Positions 1 to 13,178 of a DNA stretch of 64,000 bases are shown here, piece after piece. This DNA comes from Halioglobus sp. Lineage in GTDB: Bacteria > Pseudomonadota > Gammaproteobacteria > Pseudomonadales > Halieaceae. A program made the position numbers and the translations under genes. The DNA lies in NCBI GenBank assembly GCA_037382865.1, contig JARRPM010000010.1, positions 4,454-68,453 on the forward strand, written 5' to 3'. A model generated the notes under the pieces. The model saw only the letters and a program-made list of their open reading frames with translations. It was not told the DNA's origin and did not search any database. Each line of letters opens with the position of its first letter. Position 1 is the stretch's first letter.

Positions 1-1631
<1,631 letters not shown>

Positions 1632-1716
1632 CTGGTTTCAACTTGTCTGTGTATACGGGTAACGCCGCCGGCTCCCGGGCCTGGCGGTGAATGAGGTCAT
1701 GAGATGGGGCCCGGGT

Positions 1717-2646
1717 TCAGCGCCGGGTGCGGGCGACGTAGCTGGAGGGGTCGACCGAGCGGCCGTGTTTGTAGACTTCGTAGTGTACGTGGGCGCCGGT
1801 GGAGCGCCCGGTGGAACCCATCAGGGCGATCGGCTGCCCCTTGCGCACCACCTCGCCCGGCTGTACCAGGTTCTGCTTGTTGTGGGAGTAGCGGGTGACG
1901 AAACCGTCGCCGTGGGAGACCTCCACCATCTGGCCGTAGCCGCTGCGCGGGCCGGACCAGGTCACCACCCCGGCCGCCACGGCGACCACGTTGGATCCCT
2001 CCTTGCCGGCGAAGTCGATGCCGTTGTGCATGGCCAGCTTGCCGGTGAAGGGATCGGTGCGCTTGCCGTAATGGGACGAGATCCACCCCTTCTCGATCGG
2101 CCGGCCGGAGAGCCAGCTCTCATCGGCCAGCTTGCGGTCGGTCAGGAGCGATTCCAGGATATCGAGCTGCTGCTCGCGGTCGCCCAGCTGGGCCTCGAAG
2201 CGATCCAGCTCGGAGGAGAGGTCGGTGGTGCTGAAGTCGACGCTGAACTCCCCGGCCAGGGGGCCACCGAGGGCCGGCGGCTGGCTGAAGTCGAATTCGC
2301 CCTCCTCCAGGCTCGCCATCCCGGTGAGGTGTTCACCCAGCGCGTCGAGGCGGGTCATCCGCGCCTGCAGCTCGGCGAGGGTCAGGGTCAGCGCCTGCAG
2401 CCGGCGATCCGCCTGGTCCTGCAGGTCCGCCAGTTCCCCGGACTGCTGGGCGAGCTGCTCGCGCAGGGTCGCCAGGGCCGCGCCCCGCATGGAGCGCGCC
2501 TCGTTCTCCTGCCCGGCCATGTAGCCCGCGGCCAGCATCCCCAGCGGCAACCCGAGGCAGCACACCGACAACACGGCCAGCGACCACCGCCCCAGTTCCA
2601 GGGAGCGGGAGCCGCTGTATTTCCGGTTGATGAGAATGACTTTCAT
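1717..2646 (-). CDS. M23/LytM-family metallopeptidase with N-terminal membrane anchor and coiled coil
   Basis: 309-aa ORF with ATG at 2646. The C-terminal M23 motifs are HNGIDFAGKEGSNV and GSTGRSTGAHVHYEV. It lies between secA and lpxC, as in Pseudomonas. Confidence 0.85.
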   Translation of the reverse strand: MKVILINRKYSGSRSLELGRWSLAVLSVCCLGLPLGMLAAGYMAGQENEARSMRGAALATLREQLAQQSGELADLQDQADRRLQALTLTLAELQARMTRLDALGEHLTGMASLEEGEFDFSQPPALGGPLAGEFSVDFSTTDLSSELDRFEAQLGDREQQLDILESLLTDRKLADESWLSGRPIEKGWISSHYGKRTDPFTGKLAMHNGIDFAGKEGSNVVAVAAGVVTWSGPRSGYGQMVEVSHGDGFVTRYSHNKQNLVQPGEVVRKGQPIALMGSTGRSTGAHVHYEVYKHGRSVDPSSYVARTRR

Positions 2647-2743
2647 TTAGTCTGGCGCGCAGAGAAACGGCTGCGAACTATGCCATAAACAGGCGCCAAA
2701 CGCCATCCATCGGCGGCGATCCGGCGGCCATGAGAACCGTCCC

Positions 2744-3658
2744 TCAGGCGGCCGGCAGGAGATCGGTGGCGTAGCAGACGGGGGCGCACGCCCCGCCTTC
2801 GAAGGTGACGATTTCCCAGGCGTCGGGCTGGGCCATCAGGGCCCGGGCCGTGGCGTTGTTGAGGGCGTGCCCGGACTTGTAGGCGCGGAATTCACCGATC
2901 ACGCTGTGGCCGAGCAGGTAGACATCGCCGATGGCGTCGAGGACCTTGTGGCGCACGAACTCGTCGTCGTAGCGCAGGCCGTCCTGGTTGAGGATGCGGT
3001 AATCGTCCACCACGATGGCGTTGTCCACGCTGCCGCCGCGGGCCAGGCCCCGGGAGCGCAGGTATTCGATCTCGTGCATGAAACCGAAGGTGCGCGCCCG
3101 GCTGACCTCGCGGACGAACGAGGTGGTGCAGAAGTCCACCTCGGCATGGGCGCTGCGGTCGCGGAACACGGGGTGGTCAAAGTCGATGGTGAACGACACT
3201 TTGAAGCCATCATAGGGGAGAAAGCTGGCTACCTTGTCGCCGTCCTCCACCGTGACCTTGCGCTTGACCCGGATGAACTTCTTCGGCGCATCCTGCTCCC
3301 TGATGCCAGCGGACTGGATCAGGAACACGAACGGCCCCGCACTGCCATCCATGATGGGTACCTCGGCGGCGCTGACATCGATGTACGCATTGTCGATGCC
3401 GAGGCCCGCCAGGGCGGCCATCAGGTGTTCCACCGTCGAGACCCGCTTGTCGTGGGCCGAGATGCTGGTCGAGAGCGTGGTGTCGTCGACGCATTCCGCG
3501 CGGGCGGGAATCTCCACCACCGGGTCGAGATCGACCCTGCGAAACACGATGCCGGTGTCGACGGGCGCCGGGTTGAGGGTCAGGTAGACCTTCTCCCCGC
3601 TGTGCAGTCCAATGCCGGTCGCCTTGATCGCATTGTGCAGCGTGCGTTGTCGAACCAT
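2744..3658 (-). CDS. lpxC: UDP-3-O-acyl-N-acetylglucosamine deacetylase
   Basis: 304 aa. [28 protein letters not shown]... is collinear with LpxC over the full length. It sits in the classical position next to ftsZ. Confidence 0.95.
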   Translation of the reverse strand: MVRQRTLHNAIKATGIGLHSGEKVYLTLNPAPVDTGIVFRRVDLDPVVEIPARAECVDDTTLSTSISAHDKRVSTVEHLMAALAGLGIDNAYIDVSAAEVPIMDGSAGPFVFLIQSAGIREQDAPKKFIRVKRKVTVEDGDKVASFLPYDGFKVSFTIDFDHPVFRDRSAHAEVDFCTTSFVREVSRARTFGFMHEIEYLRSRGLARGGSVDNAIVVDDYRILNQDGLRYDDEFVRHKVLDAIGDVYLLGHSVIGEFRAYKSGHALNNATARALMAQPDAWEIVTFEGGACAPVCYATDLLPAA

Positions 3659-3730
3659 TGCTCTCTCCCAGATCCTGTGCCCCCGGGGCAGCGCGGCCGC
3701 CGCCCCGGTCCAGGTCCCGGGAGCGGAGCG

Positions 3731-4909
3731 CTAGTCCGCCTGGCGGCGCAAAAAGGCGGGAATATCGAAATATTCCTCGCCCGCCGACTCGGCACCCATC
3801 GCGGCAGCCTGCCCGCTCGCGGCGCGGCGCGACTTGCGCATGGCCGGGGGACGGTCGAACTCCCGGTAATCGGGCTCGTGCTCCACGTCCGCCGCCGCGG
3901 TGCGCGGTGCCGGCGCGCTGTCGACCACCTGCAGCGGGGCGCTCCGCACAATGGGGCTGCCCAGACCGGTGGCCACCACCGTCACCTTCAGTTCGTCGGT
4001 CATCTCCGGGTCGATCACGGTGCCGACGACCACGGTCGCCTCATCCGAGGAAAATTCCTCGATCGTGTCGCCAACTTCGGAGAACTCGCCGAGTGACATG
4101 TCGAGTCCGGCGGTGATATTGACCAGGATACCGCGCGCACCCTGCAGGTCGATGTCGTCCAGCAGCGGGCTGTTGATGGCGCGTTCCGCGGCCTCCCGGG
4201 CGCGGTTTTCGCCGCGGGCGCTGCCGGTACCCATCATCGCCATACCCATCTCTGACATCACTGTGCGCACGTCGGCAAAGTCCACGTTGATCATGCCGGG
4301 CCGGATGATCAGGTCAGCGATTCCCTGAACTGCGCCCAACAATACATCATTGGCCTCCTTAAAGGCATCGAGGAGACTGGTATTTTTTCCAAGCACCTCC
4401 AGCAGTTTCTCGTTGGGAATGGTGATCAGCGAGTCCACGTGCTGCTGCAGTTCAGTCACCCCGTCGAGCGCGATCTGCAGGCGCTTCTTGCCCTCGAAAG
4501 GGAAGGGCCGGGTGACCACGGCCACGGTCAGGATGCCCAGCTCGCGGGCCACCTCCGCCACCACCGGCGCGCCGCCGGTACCGGTGCCGCCACCCATGCC
4601 GGCGGTGATGAACACCATGTCGGCACCGCGCAGGGATTCGGCGATACGCTCGCGGTCCTCCATGGCGGCGGCCCGGCCGATCTCCGGGTTGGCCCCGGCG
4701 CCGAGGCCCTTGGTGATGTCACCGCCGAGTTGCAGCACGGTCTTGGAATTGATGTCGGACAGCGCCTGGGCATCCGTGTTGGCGCAGATGAAATCCACGC
4801 CGTCGACATTGTTCTCGATCATGTGCTTGACGGCGTTGCCGCCGCCTCCGCCCACGCCGATAACCTTGATGACTGCATTGGATGGCACGTTGTCGATGAG
4901 TTCAAACAT
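3731..4909 (-). CDS. ftsZ: Cell division GTPase FtsZ
   Basis: Start taken at ATG 4909 (MFELIDN...) with a GGAGAA Shine-Dalgarno just upstream. Tubulin signatures [10 protein letters not shown] and [12 protein letters not shown] are present. The track ORF extension to 5131 overlaps ftsA and has junk composition. Confidence 0.95.
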   Translation of the reverse strand: MFELIDNVPSNAVIKVIGVGGGGGNAVKHMIENNVDGVDFICANTDAQALSDINSKTVLQLGGDITKGLGAGANPEIGRAAAMEDRERIAESLRGADMVFITAGMGGGTGTGGAPVVAEVARELGILTVAVVTRPFPFEGKKRLQIALDGVTELQQHVDSLITIPNEKLLEVLGKNTSLLDAFKEANDVLLGAVQGIADLIIRPGMINVDFADVRTVMSEMGMAMMGTGSARGENRAREAAERAINSPLLDDIDLQGARGILVNITAGLDMSLGEFSEVGDTIEEFSSDEATVVVGTVIDPEMTDELKVTVVATGLGSPIVRSAPLQVVDSAPAPRTAAADVEHEPDYREFDRPPAMRKSRRAASGQAAAMGAESAGEEYFDIPAFLRRQAD

Positions 4910-4973
4910 GGTCTTTTCTCCCCTTGGATTGAAATGCCGCACTCGCGCGCGACGGTTTACCGCTTGCAAATCG

Positions 4974-6212
4974 TCAGAAATTGCCGGCCAGCCAGGATCT
5001 CGCCCGGGTGAACCAGCCCTCGGTCGCACCGGCCTGCTTGCCCGCTCCGCGGACCGCCTCCTCCTGGTGCTCCAGCCCGTACAGCAACAGGCCCACGCTG
5101 GTGGCGTAGACCGGGTTGCGCACGATGTCATTCAGTCCCTTGATCGTCTGCGGGTAGCCCACCCGCACCGGCATGTGGAAGATCTCTTCGGCGAGTTCCA
5201 CCACGCCCTCCATCTTGGAGGTGCCGCCGGTCAGCACGATGCCCGCGGGCACCATGTCCTCGTAACCGCTGCGCCGCAGCTCCGCCTGCACCAGGGTGAA
5301 GAGCTCGTCGTAGCGCGGCTCCACCACCTCGGCCAGGGCCTGCCGGGAGAGGTCCCGGGGCGGCCGGTCCCCGACGCTGGGCACCTTGATCGTCTCGTCG
5401 GCGCCGGCCAGCTGGGTCAGGGCGCAGGCGTACTTGATCTTGATCTCCTCCGCGTGCTGGGTCGGCGTGCGCAGGGCCATGGCGATGTCGTTGGTCACCT
5501 GGTCGCCGGCGATCGGGATCACTCCGGTATGGCGGATCGAGCCCTCGGTGAAGATGGCGATGTCGGTGGTGCCGCCGCCGATGTCCACCAGGCAGACGCC
5601 CAGCTCCCGCTCGTCGTCGGTCAGCACCGAATAGCTGGAGGCCAGCTGCTCCAGGATGATCTCCTCCACGTCGAGGGCGCAGCGCCGGATGCACTTCTCG
5701 ATGTTCTGGGCCGCGTTGACGGCGCAGGTCACCAGGTGGACCTTGGCCTCCAGCCGCACCCCGGACATGCCGAGTGGCTCCTTGATCCCCTCCTGGCTGT
5801 CGATCACGTACTCCTGCGGCAGGATATGCAGGATCTTCTGGTCGGCCGGTATCGCCACCGCCTGCGCCGCATCGATCACCCGCTCCAGGTCGAGGCCGTA
5901 CACCTCGCGATCCTTGATCGCCACGATGCCGTGGGAGTTGAGGCTGCGGATGTGGCTGCCCGCGATCCCCACGTAGACCGAGTGGATCTGGCAGCCCGCC
6001 ATCAGCTCGGCCTCCTCCACCGCGCGCTGGATCGACTGCACCGTCGACTCGATGTTGACCACCACCCCCTTTTTCATCCCCTTGGACGGGTGCGAGCCTA
6101 TGCCCACCACCTCGACATCCCCGTCCGGGCCGATCTCGCCGACGATCGCCACCACCTTGGAGGTGCCGATATCCAGCCCGACGATCATTCTCTTGTCCTG
6201 CACGCTGCCCAT
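4974..6212 (-). CDS. ftsA: Cell division protein FtsA (actin-like ATPase)
   Basis: [26 protein letters not shown]... with ATG 6212 preceded by GGGGAGA. The track ORF begins at an upstream TTG (6233). Confidence 0.93.
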   Translation of the reverse strand: MGSVQDKRMIVGLDIGTSKVVAIVGEIGPDGDVEVVGIGSHPSKGMKKGVVVNIESTVQSIQRAVEEAELMAGCQIHSVYVGIAGSHIRSLNSHGIVAIKDREVYGLDLERVIDAAQAVAIPADQKILHILPQEYVIDSQEGIKEPLGMSGVRLEAKVHLVTCAVNAAQNIEKCIRRCALDVEEIILEQLASSYSVLTDDERELGVCLVDIGGGTTDIAIFTEGSIRHTGVIPIAGDQVTNDIAMALRTPTQHAEEIKIKYACALTQLAGADETIKVPSVGDRPPRDLSRQALAEVVEPRYDELFTLVQAELRRSGYEDMVPAGIVLTGGTSKMEGVVELAEEIFHMPVRVGYPQTIKGLNDIVRNPVYATSVGLLLYGLEHQEEAVRGAGKQAGATEGWFTRARSWLAGNF

Positions 6213-6235
6213 GGCAGTGTCTCCCCTGTACAACC

Positions 6236-7210
6236 TTATTGCTTTATGTCCGCCATCAGCGGCGGTTCCCTGTAGGCCACGGCGATACCGCTCTCGTAGC
6301 GCATATCCACCCGCTCGACGTCCCCCGCCCGCGCGGCCAGTTCGGAGCGGTAGATCGCCAGAAAGCGATGCATGCGCTCCAGAAAATCACTGCCCCCCAG
6401 CAGCAGCCGGATGCCCCCCTCCAGCTCCGCCTCCACCTGGCCCCGGTCGTCCACCGCCAGGCGGGTCACCGCCAGCCCAACGGAGCTGAGCAGCTCCACC
6501 ATGCGCTGGTAGGTAGCCATCAGGGTCCGGGCGGCGCCCTCGGGGCCCTGCAGCAGGGGCAGGGCCTGCCAGTCGCTGTCGTTGCTGGGGCGGAACACCT
6601 GGCCCTCGTGGTTGAGGAAGCCGTTCTCTCCCCAGCGCGCGATCGGCAGCTGTTCCACCACGTCGATCTCCAGGGCGTTGGGCCACCGGCGCCGCACGCT
6701 CGCCTCGTAGATCCACGGCAGCGCCTCCAGCTGCAGGCGGATGCGCTGCAGGTCCGCCCTGAGGAAGCCCCCCACCAGGGCCGGCTGCACCATCTCCTGC
6801 AGCGCCTCGGTGCGGGTGTGCTCGAGCTCGCCGGTCACCACGATGTGCTGCACGGGAATGCTCTGCAGCGTGCTGTAGGCCTGTACCGCGGCCGCGATCA
6901 CTACCCCGGCGCCGACCAGGATGAGCAGCCAGTTGAGCCACGCGTGGTTGCGCGGCGGCCGCTGTTCGGCCTCGACCCTGCGGGTCGCGCCCTTGACGCC
7001 ACCGCGCTTTGCCGCGCGCCGGCGCTCGCCGCCACGCGCTTTTTTTGCGGCGCGCTTCCCGCTGGCCCGCCCTTTCTCCGGCGCGTCCTCTGCCGGCAGT
7101 GCCTCGTCCGGCGGCGCCTTACCCGGCCGGGCCTCACCCCGCGGGGCTTTCCCCGGGAGTTTCCTCACCGGCAGTTTGCCGGGCGCTGCCTGCTCTATCG
7201 CCACGCCCAT
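6236..7210 (-). CDS. ftsQ: Cell division protein FtsQ with an extended basic Pro/Ala/Lys-rich cytoplasmic N-terminus
   Basis: 324 aa. A single TM segment (WLNWLLILVGAGVVIAAAV) is followed by a POTRA/FtsQ-type periplasmic domain. It lies between ddl and ftsA. Confidence 0.88.
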   Translation of the reverse strand: MGVAIEQAAPGKLPVRKLPGKAPRGEARPGKAPPDEALPAEDAPEKGRASGKRAAKKARGGERRRAAKRGGVKGATRRVEAEQRPPRNHAWLNWLLILVGAGVVIAAAVQAYSTLQSIPVQHIVVTGELEHTRTEALQEMVQPALVGGFLRADLQRIRLQLEALPWIYEASVRRRWPNALEIDVVEQLPIARWGENGFLNHEGQVFRPSNDSDWQALPLLQGPEGAARTLMATYQRMVELLSSVGLAVTRLAVDDRGQVEAELEGGIRLLLGGSDFLERMHRFLAIYRSELAARAGDVERVDMRYESGIAVAYREPPLMADIKQ

Positions 7211-7213
7211 GCC

Positions 7214-8134
7214 CTAATTGCCCTCCAGGCTGAGTGTGACGATGCGCGCCACCAGCGCCGCGATATCCAGCCCCGCCACCCTGGCCGCCATCGGCACCAG
7301 GCTGTGGGAGGTCATGCCCGGCACGGTGTTCACCTCCAGCACGTAGAAGGTGCCGTCGGCATCGCGCATCAGGTCCACCCGGCCCCAGACGCTGCAGCCG
7401 AGGGAGCGGAACGCGCGCAGGGCCAGGGCCGCCGCCTCCGCTTCCGCCGCCTCGTCCAGGTCGCTGGGGCAGTGGTAGCGGGTTGCGTCAGAGAGGTACT
7501 TGGCCTCGTAGTCGTAGAACTCCCGGTCCGTCTCCATGCGGATCGAGGGCAGCGCCTGGTCGCCGAGAATCGCCACGGTGTACTCGGGGCCGTCGATGAA
7601 CTGCTCGGCCAGCACCGCGCTGCCGTAGCGGGCGGCCTCACGCCAGGCGTTTTCCAGAGCCTGCGCGGTGCCGGCCGGGGCCATGCCGATACTGGAACCC
7701 TCGCAGGCGGGCTTGACGAAGACCTTGCCGAAGCGGTCGATCACCCCCTGCCAGTCGGTATCCCGCTCGAGGGAGACGAAGCCGCCGGTGGCGACGCCGA
7801 TGCCCTGCCACAGCTGCTTGCTGCGCACCTTGTCCATCGCCAGCGCCGAGCCCAGCACACCGGAGCCCGAATAGGGGATCGCCAGGGCCTGCAGGGCCCC
7901 CTGCATGCTGCCGTCCTCCCCGCCGGGGCCGTGCAGGGCGATGAAGGCGAAACCGGCGCCGCGCAGCTGCAGCACCCAGTCCGCCTCCGCCGGGTCCACC
8001 GGCCGCACCTCCAGCCCCAGGGAAAGCAGCGCATCGACCACCGTCCGGCCGCTGTTCAGGGAGACCTCCCGCTCGGCGGACCTGCCCCCCAGCAGCACTG
8101 CTACCGGCCGGTCCCGCAATCCCTCCACCGTCAT
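7214..8134 (-). CDS. ddl: D-alanine--D-alanine ligase
   Basis: ATG 8134 overlaps the murC stop (ATGA). [29 protein letters not shown]... is an ATP-grasp Ddl of about 306 aa. Confidence 0.92.
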   Translation of the reverse strand: MTVEGLRDRPVAVLLGGRSAEREVSLNSGRTVVDALLSLGLEVRPVDPAEADWVLQLRGAGFAFIALHGPGGEDGSMQGALQALAIPYSGSGVLGSALAMDKVRSKQLWQGIGVATGGFVSLERDTDWQGVIDRFGKVFVKPACEGSSIGMAPAGTAQALENAWREAARYGSAVLAEQFIDGPEYTVAILGDQALPSIRMETDREFYDYEAKYLSDATRYHCPSDLDEAAEAEAAALALRAFRSLGCSVWGRVDLMRDADGTFYVLEVNTVPGMTSHSLVPMAARVAGLDIAALVARIVTLSLEGN

Positions 8135-9570
8135 GCCCCCGCCTCCGTGGAAAAGTCCCTGCTGCACAGCTCCCGCGCCAGCCGCGCGATATCCCCCGCC
8201 CCCTGGGTGATCACCACGTCGCCCTCCCCGACGATGTCGCAGAGCAGGCCCGGCACCGCCTCCACCCGCTCGGCGAAGACCGGCTCGATCTGGCCGCGCT
8301 GGCGGATGCTGCGGGTCAGGCTGCGGCTGTCGGCGCCCGGAATGGGTTCCTCACCGGCGGGATAGACGTCCAGCAGGATCAGCACGTCGCAGCGGGAGAG
8401 CACCGCCACGAAGTCCTCGTAGAGATCGCGGGTGCGGGTATAGCGGTGGGGCTGGTAGATCATCACCACCCGCCGCTCGGGCCAGGCCTGGCGCGCGGAC
8501 TCCAGGGTCGCGCGGACCTCGGTCGGGTGGTGGCCGTAGTCGTCCACCAGCAGCGCCTGGCCGCCGGGAAAGGCGATCTCGCCCATCTGGGTGAAGCGGC
8601 GTCCCACGCCGGTGAAGCCGCCCAGGCCGCGCTGGATCGCCCCGTCGTCCAGCCCCTCGTCGCAGGCCACCGCCACCGTCGCGGTGGCATTGAGGACGTT
8701 GTGGCTGCCGGGCATGTTGAGGGTAACGGGCAGGGCTGGCGCGCCGTCCGGGCGCTGCACCACGAAGCGGGTCACCAGGCCGGCCCGCTCCAGGTCCGTG
8801 ATGCGGAAGTCCGCGCCCTCGGAGAAGCCGTAGGTGATCACCTGGCGGCTCACCTCGGGCAGCAGGTCGCGGATCACCGGGTCGTCGATGCAGAGCACGG
8901 CAATTCCGTAGAAGGGCAGGTTGTGCAAAAACTCCAGGAAGGTGTGGCGCAGGACGGCGAAGTCGCCGCCGTAGGTGTCCATGTGATCCGCCTCGATATT
9001 GGTGACCACCGTCACCATCGGCTGCAGGTGCAGGAAGGAGGCATCGCTCTCGTCCGCCTCGGCAATCAGGAAGCGGCTGGCCCCGAGCTGGGCGTTGCTG
9101 CCGGTGCTGTTGACCAGGCCGCCGATCACGAAGGTGGGATCCAGGCCCGCCTCGGCGAAGACCGCCGCGATCAGGCTGGTGGTGGTGGTCTTGCCGTGGG
9201 TGCCCGCCACCGCGATGCCGTGGCGATAGCGCATCAGCTCCGCCAGCATCTCCGCCCGGGGCACCACCGGGATGCGCCGGCTGCGGGCAGCGGCCACCTC
9301 GGGGTTCTTCTCGTCCACGGCGCTGGAGCTGACCACCACGTCCGCCCCGCCCACGTTCTCCGCGGCGTGGCCGATGAAGACCTCGATCCCCTTGCTCCGC
9401 AGCCGTTCAGTTACCGCGGAATCGCGCAGGTCGGACCCGGCCACCTGGTAACCCAGGTTGACCAGCACCTCGGCGATGCCGCTCATGCCGGTGCCGCCGA
9501 CGCCGACCATGTGGATGCGGCGCACCCGGCGCATCTCGGGGACGGTGTAGACGCTTCGGTCAGCGGCCAT
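8131..9570 (-). CDS. murC: UDP-N-acetylmuramate--L-alanine ligase
   Basis: 479 aa. The Mur ligase P-loop is [13 protein letters not shown] and the N-terminus is [18 protein letters not shown]. Confidence 0.95.
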   Translation of the reverse strand: MAADRSVYTVPEMRRVRRIHMVGVGGTGMSGIAEVLVNLGYQVAGSDLRDSAVTERLRSKGIEVFIGHAAENVGGADVVVSSSAVDEKNPEVAAARSRRIPVVPRAEMLAELMRYRHGIAVAGTHGKTTTTSLIAAVFAEAGLDPTFVIGGLVNSTGSNAQLGASRFLIAEADESDASFLHLQPMVTVVTNIEADHMDTYGGDFAVLRHTFLEFLHNLPFYGIAVLCIDDPVIRDLLPEVSRQVITYGFSEGADFRITDLERAGLVTRFVVQRPDGAPALPVTLNMPGSHNVLNATATVAVACDEGLDDGAIQRGLGGFTGVGRRFTQMGEIAFPGGQALLVDDYGHHPTEVRATLESARQAWPERRVVMIYQPHRYTRTRDLYEDFVAVLSRCDVLILLDVYPAGEEPIPGADSRSLTRSIRQRGQIEPVFAERVEAVPGLLCDIVGEGDVVITQGAGDIARLARELCSRDFSTEAGA

Positions 9571-10669
9571 GGATCAGCTCCTCGCAGCAGTCGCTGACCC
9601 GGCTGGTGGCGTCCGGGGCGGCGGCCGCGGCAGCCGCGGCCGCCATCGCCGCCAGGCGCGCGGGGTGCGCCAGGAAATCCTGCAGGGTTGTCGCCAGGCT
9701 CTGTTCAGTCATTTTCCCCTGGGGCAGCAGCACGGCCGCGCCCCGCCCGCTCAGGGAACGGGCGTTGGCGCTCTGGTGGTCGTCGATCGCATGGGGCAGG
9801 GGCACCAGGATGGAGGGCCGCCCCATCACCGCCACCTCCGCGATGGTCAGGGCGCCGGCCCGGCACAGCACCAGGTCAGCCCAGGCGTAGGCCGCCGCCA
9901 TGTCCTCGATGAAGGGCATCACCCGCACGCCCCGCTGCAGCAACTCCCCGTACTCAGCGGTCACGTCGCCGGCGTGGGCCTCACCGGTCTGGTGCCAGAC
10001 CTCCACGGCCCCCTCGCCCGCGCCGTCGGCCAGCGCGCGCAGCGCCCCGGGGAGCACCCGATTGATTGGCTGGGCGCCCAGGCTGCCCCCCAGCACCAGC
10101 AGGCGCAGGGGGCGCTGTCCCGCGTAGTCGTAGCGGCTGTCGGCGGCGGCCTGCAGCAGCTCGCGGCGCACCGGGTTGCCCAGCACCGCGCAGTCGACCT
10201 CTGCGGGGAAAGCCCCGGGAAAGCCCGCCACCACCCGCGTCGCCAGCGGCGCCAGCATGCGATTGGTGGTGCCCGCCACCGCGTTCTGCTCGTGGATCAG
10301 CAAGGGCTTGCGCAGCAGCCACGCGGCCACCCCGGCGGGGCCGGCGGCATAGCCGCCCATCCCGACCACGCAGCGCGGCGCCCGACGCCATACCAGCCAC
10401 AGGGCCTGCACCGCCGCCAGGGCCAGCAGCGCGAGACCGAACAGCTTGTGGAGCAGGTTCTTGCCCCGCACGCCGCGCACGGCGAGACAGTGCAGCGGAA
10501 TGCCGGCGGCGGGCACCACCCGGTGCTCCAGGCCGCGCCGGGTGCCGACCCACTCGACCCGGTAGCCGCGGCCCAGCAGCTCGGCGGCCACCGCCAGCGC
10601 CGGGTAGACGTGGCCGCCGGTGCCCCCCGCCGTCATCAGTACCAGTTCCTGGTGCGCCACTGCCATCAT
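9560..10669 (-). CDS. murG: Undecaprenyl-PP-MurNAc-pentapeptide-UDPGlcNAc GlcNAc transferase
   Basis: Start at ATG 10669 overlaps the ftsW stop (ATGA). [21 protein letters not shown] is the MurG signature. The track ORF extension to 11068 is antisense-frame junk inside ftsW. Confidence 0.93.
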   Translation of the reverse strand: MMAVAHQELVLMTAGGTGGHVYPALAVAAELLGRGYRVEWVGTRRGLEHRVVPAAGIPLHCLAVRGVRGKNLLHKLFGLALLALAAVQALWLVWRRAPRCVVGMGGYAAGPAGVAAWLLRKPLLIHEQNAVAGTTNRMLAPLATRVVAGFPGAFPAEVDCAVLGNPVRRELLQAAADSRYDYAGQRPLRLLVLGGSLGAQPINRVLPGALRALADGAGEGAVEVWHQTGEAHAGDVTAEYGELLQRGVRVMPFIEDMAAAYAWADLVLCRAGALTIAEVAVMGRPSILVPLPHAIDDHQSANARSLSGRGAAVLLPQGKMTEQSLATTLQDFLAHPARLAAMAAAAAAAAAPDATSRVSDCCEELIHGR

Positions 10670-11805
10670 CTGCGCCGCCCCAGGGAGCGCGTCTCCCGGT
10701 CGATGCGCAGCACCAGGGCCAGCATGCAGCAGCAGACGATCAGGCTGGTGCCGCCGTAGCTGACGAAGGGCAGGGTCAGCCCCTTGGTGGGCAGCAGGCC
10801 GGCACTCACACCCATGTTGACGAAGGCCTGCCCCGCGAAGACCAGAGCGACGCCGTAGCAGACATAGGCGCCGAAGGGATTGCCGGCAACCAGCGCCGCG
10901 CGCCCCGCCCAGAGGATGCGGCCGATCAGCGCGGCGAAGACTGCGATCACCAGCAGTGCGCCGATGAAGCCGGTCTCCTCGGCCCAGATGGAGAAGACGA
11001 AGTCGGTGTGGGCCTCCGGCAGGTAGAACAGCTTCTGCACGCTGTTGCCCAGGCCCACCCCGAACCACTCGCCCCGGCCGAAGGCGATCAGCGACTGGGT
11101 CAGCTGGAAGCCCGTGTTGTAGGGGTCGGCCCAGGGATCGGTGTAGGCGGTCAGGCGCTTCACCCGGTAGGGCTCACTCACTACCAGCACCAGCAGCGCG
11201 GCCAGGGCGCCGAAACAGACGATCATGAAATGACCGAGCTTCACGCCGGCCAGGAACAGCATGCCGAAGGCGCTCCCGGCGACGATCACGGTGGCGCCGA
11301 AATCCGGTTCGATCATCAGCAGCAGGGTGGCCGCGAAGAGCACCGCCATCGGCTTGATGAAGCCCTGCCACTGGTTGCGCACCTCGTGTTCCCGGCGCAC
11401 CATGTAGCCCGCCAGGTAGATCACCATCGCCAGCTTGGCGAACTCCGAGGGCTGCAGGGTGAAGGGACCCAGGGGCAGCCACCGCTGGCTGCCATTGACC
11501 TCGCGGCCGATGCCCGGCACCAGCACCACGATCAGCAGGGCCAGGGCGGCGAACAGCCACACCCAGCCGCTGTCCAGCCAGAACCGCGTGGGAATCCGGT
11601 AGACCAGCGCTCCGGCGCCGAGCGCCAGCACCAGGTAGACCAGGTGGCGCTGGGTGTGGTACCAGGGGTTCTGGTAGTGCCAGTCGGCATACTCGATGGA
11701 GGCGGAGCTGATCGCCACCAGCCCCACCAGCAGCAGGGTCAGCCCGAGCAGCGCCAGCAGGAGGTCGGGCCCGGCATCCCGGGCGAGGCTGCGGCTCGCG
11801 CTCAT
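10666..11805 (-). CDS. ftsW: Peptidoglycan glycosyltransferase FtsW (SEDS family)
   Basis: 379 aa, polytopic membrane protein, collinear with FtsW/RodA. It occupies the dcw position between murD and murG. Confidence 0.93.
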   Translation of the reverse strand: MSASRSLARDAGPDLLLALLGLTLLLVGLVAISSASIEYADWHYQNPWYHTQRHLVYLVLALGAGALVYRIPTRFWLDSGWVWLFAALALLIVVLVPGIGREVNGSQRWLPLGPFTLQPSEFAKLAMVIYLAGYMVRREHEVRNQWQGFIKPMAVLFAATLLLMIEPDFGATVIVAGSAFGMLFLAGVKLGHFMIVCFGALAALLVLVVSEPYRVKRLTAYTDPWADPYNTGFQLTQSLIAFGRGEWFGVGLGNSVQKLFYLPEAHTDFVFSIWAEETGFIGALLVIAVFAALIGRILWAGRAALVAGNPFGAYVCYGVALVFAGQAFVNMGVSAGLLPTKGLTLPFVSYGGTSLIVCCCMLALVLRIDRETRSLGRRR

Positions 11806-13169
11806 GCCCCCGCCTCCCCGAGGCGCGCCACGGCCGCCACGAAGGCCTCCCCGCGCGCCGCGTAACCGGTAAACATGTCGAAACTGGCGCAGGCGGGCGA
11901 GAGCAGCACACAGTCGCCCGGGGCGGCCTCCGCCGCCGCCGCCGCCACCGCCTCATCCATGGTGGCGACCCGGCGCACCGGCGCGCTCGCCTCGAGGGCA
12001 CGCTGCAGCTGGTCCGCGTCCTGACCCAGCAGGATCAGCAGTTTGCAGTGCCGGGCCACCGCCTGGCGGAGCTGGGTGAAATCCGCCCCCTTGCCCTGGC
12101 CGCCGGCGATCAGGAGCACGTTGCGCTCGCCGCCGAGGCCGGTCAGGGCGGCTCCGGTGGCGCCGATGTTGGTTCCTTTCGAGTCGTCGACGTAGCGCAC
12201 GCCGCCGATCTCGGCGACCTGCTGGCAGCGGTGGGGCAGGCCCCGGAAGCTGCGCAGGGTGGCCGCCATCGACGCCAGGGGCAGCCCGGCGCAGAAGCCG
12301 ATGGCGAGCGCCGCCAGGGCGTTGGCCACGTTGTGACGCCCCGCCAGGCCCAGGTCCGCTACCGGCAGCAGCCGGTCGAAGCCGTGGCACAGGAACTCCT
12401 CGCCCCCCTCCCGGCGCAGCCCGAAACCCCCGAGCTCCGGCTCACCCAGGCGCCAGCTCACGATCTCCACCGCCTCCTCCGCCAGCGGGATGGTGAGCGG
12501 GTCGTCGCGGTTGACCACCGCCCGGCGACAGCCGCGGAAGATGCGGTGCTTGGCCTGGTGGTAGCGGGGCATGCTGCCGTGGCGGTCCAGGTGGTCCGCG
12601 GTGATATTGAGCACCGCCGCCACCGCCAGGCCCAGGCGGCCGGCACGCTCCAGCTGGAAGCTGGACAGCTCCAGCACGTAGAGCTCCCGCTCGGGGGCCA
12701 GCAGGTCCAGTGCCGGAGTGCCGAGGTTGCCGCCCACCCCCACGTCCAGGCCCGCGTCCCGGGCCATCTGCCCCACCAGCTCGGTGACCGTGGACTTGGC
12801 ATTGGAGCCGGTGATGCCCACCACCGGGGCCGCGGCCTCCCGCACGAACAGGTCGATGTCGCCGACGATGGCGACCTCCGCCTCCCGCGCACGCGCCACC
12901 AGCGGATCGTCCAGGGCGATGCCGGGGCTCACGATCAGCTCCCCGGCGCTCTCGATGAGGTCGGCGGGAATGTCGCCGGCAAAGACGGGAACCTCGGGCA
13001 TCTCGCTGCGCAGCGCCGCCAGCCCCGGGGGCGCCGCCCGGGTGTCAGCCACCGCAAAGGGCAGCCCCTGGCGGTGCAGGTGCCGGGCACAGGAGAGTCC
13101 GGTAGCGCCCAGGCCCATCACGACCCGGTTCACACTGCTTGCTATCAATCCCTCAGACACCGCGGGCAT
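11802..13169 (-). CDS. murD: UDP-N-acetylmuramoylalanine--D-glutamate ligase
   Basis: About 455 aa. VVMGLGATGLSCARHL forms the Rossmann N-terminus and ITGSNAKSTVTEL is the Mur ligase P-loop. Confidence 0.93.
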   Translation of the reverse strand: MPAVSEGLIASSVNRVVMGLGATGLSCARHLHRQGLPFAVADTRAAPPGLAALRSEMPEVPVFAGDIPADLIESAGELIVSPGIALDDPLVARAREAEVAIVGDIDLFVREAAAPVVGITGSNAKSTVTELVGQMARDAGLDVGVGGNLGTPALDLLAPERELYVLELSSFQLERAGRLGLAVAAVLNITADHLDRHGSMPRYHQAKHRIFRGCRRAVVNRDDPLTIPLAEEAVEIVSWRLGEPELGGFGLRREGGEEFLCHGFDRLLPVADLGLAGRHNVANALAALAIGFCAGLPLASMAATLRSFRGLPHRCQQVAEIGGVRYVDDSKGTNIGATGAALTGLGGERNVLLIAGGQGKGADFTQLRQAVARHCKLLILLGQDADQLQRALEASAPVRRVATMDEAVAAAAAEAAPGDCVLLSPACASFDMFTGYAARGEAFVAAVARLGEAGA

Positions 13170-13178
13170 CACTCCTAC

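Noticed and set aside
3731-5131. N-terminally extended versions of real genes in the ORF track: ftsZ to 5131, murG to 11068, ftsI to 19202, sspA to 27068, petA to 29810, rplM to 30734, hisD to 35320, yrbG from 38260, lptC from 40792 and gatC from 56997
   Set aside because: The extensions overlap the upstream gene and have junk composition. They precede an internal ATG that has an SD or stop-start overlap and reproduces the canonical N-terminus of the family.
6239-8365. Very long plus-strand ORF (708 aa), plus similar giants at 4350-6275, 12048-14498, 26983-29043, 35743-37626, 49903-51792 and 52019-53917
   Set aside because: Each lies exactly antisense to, or out of frame with, a full-length and strongly conserved gene (ftsQ/ddl, ftsZ/ftsA, murD/mraY, cytochrome b/c1, murA, yhdP, rng). 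Their translations are Arg/Gly/Ala/His/Pro/Leu-rich with no recognisable motifs, which is typical of stop-poor alternative frames in high-GC DNA.
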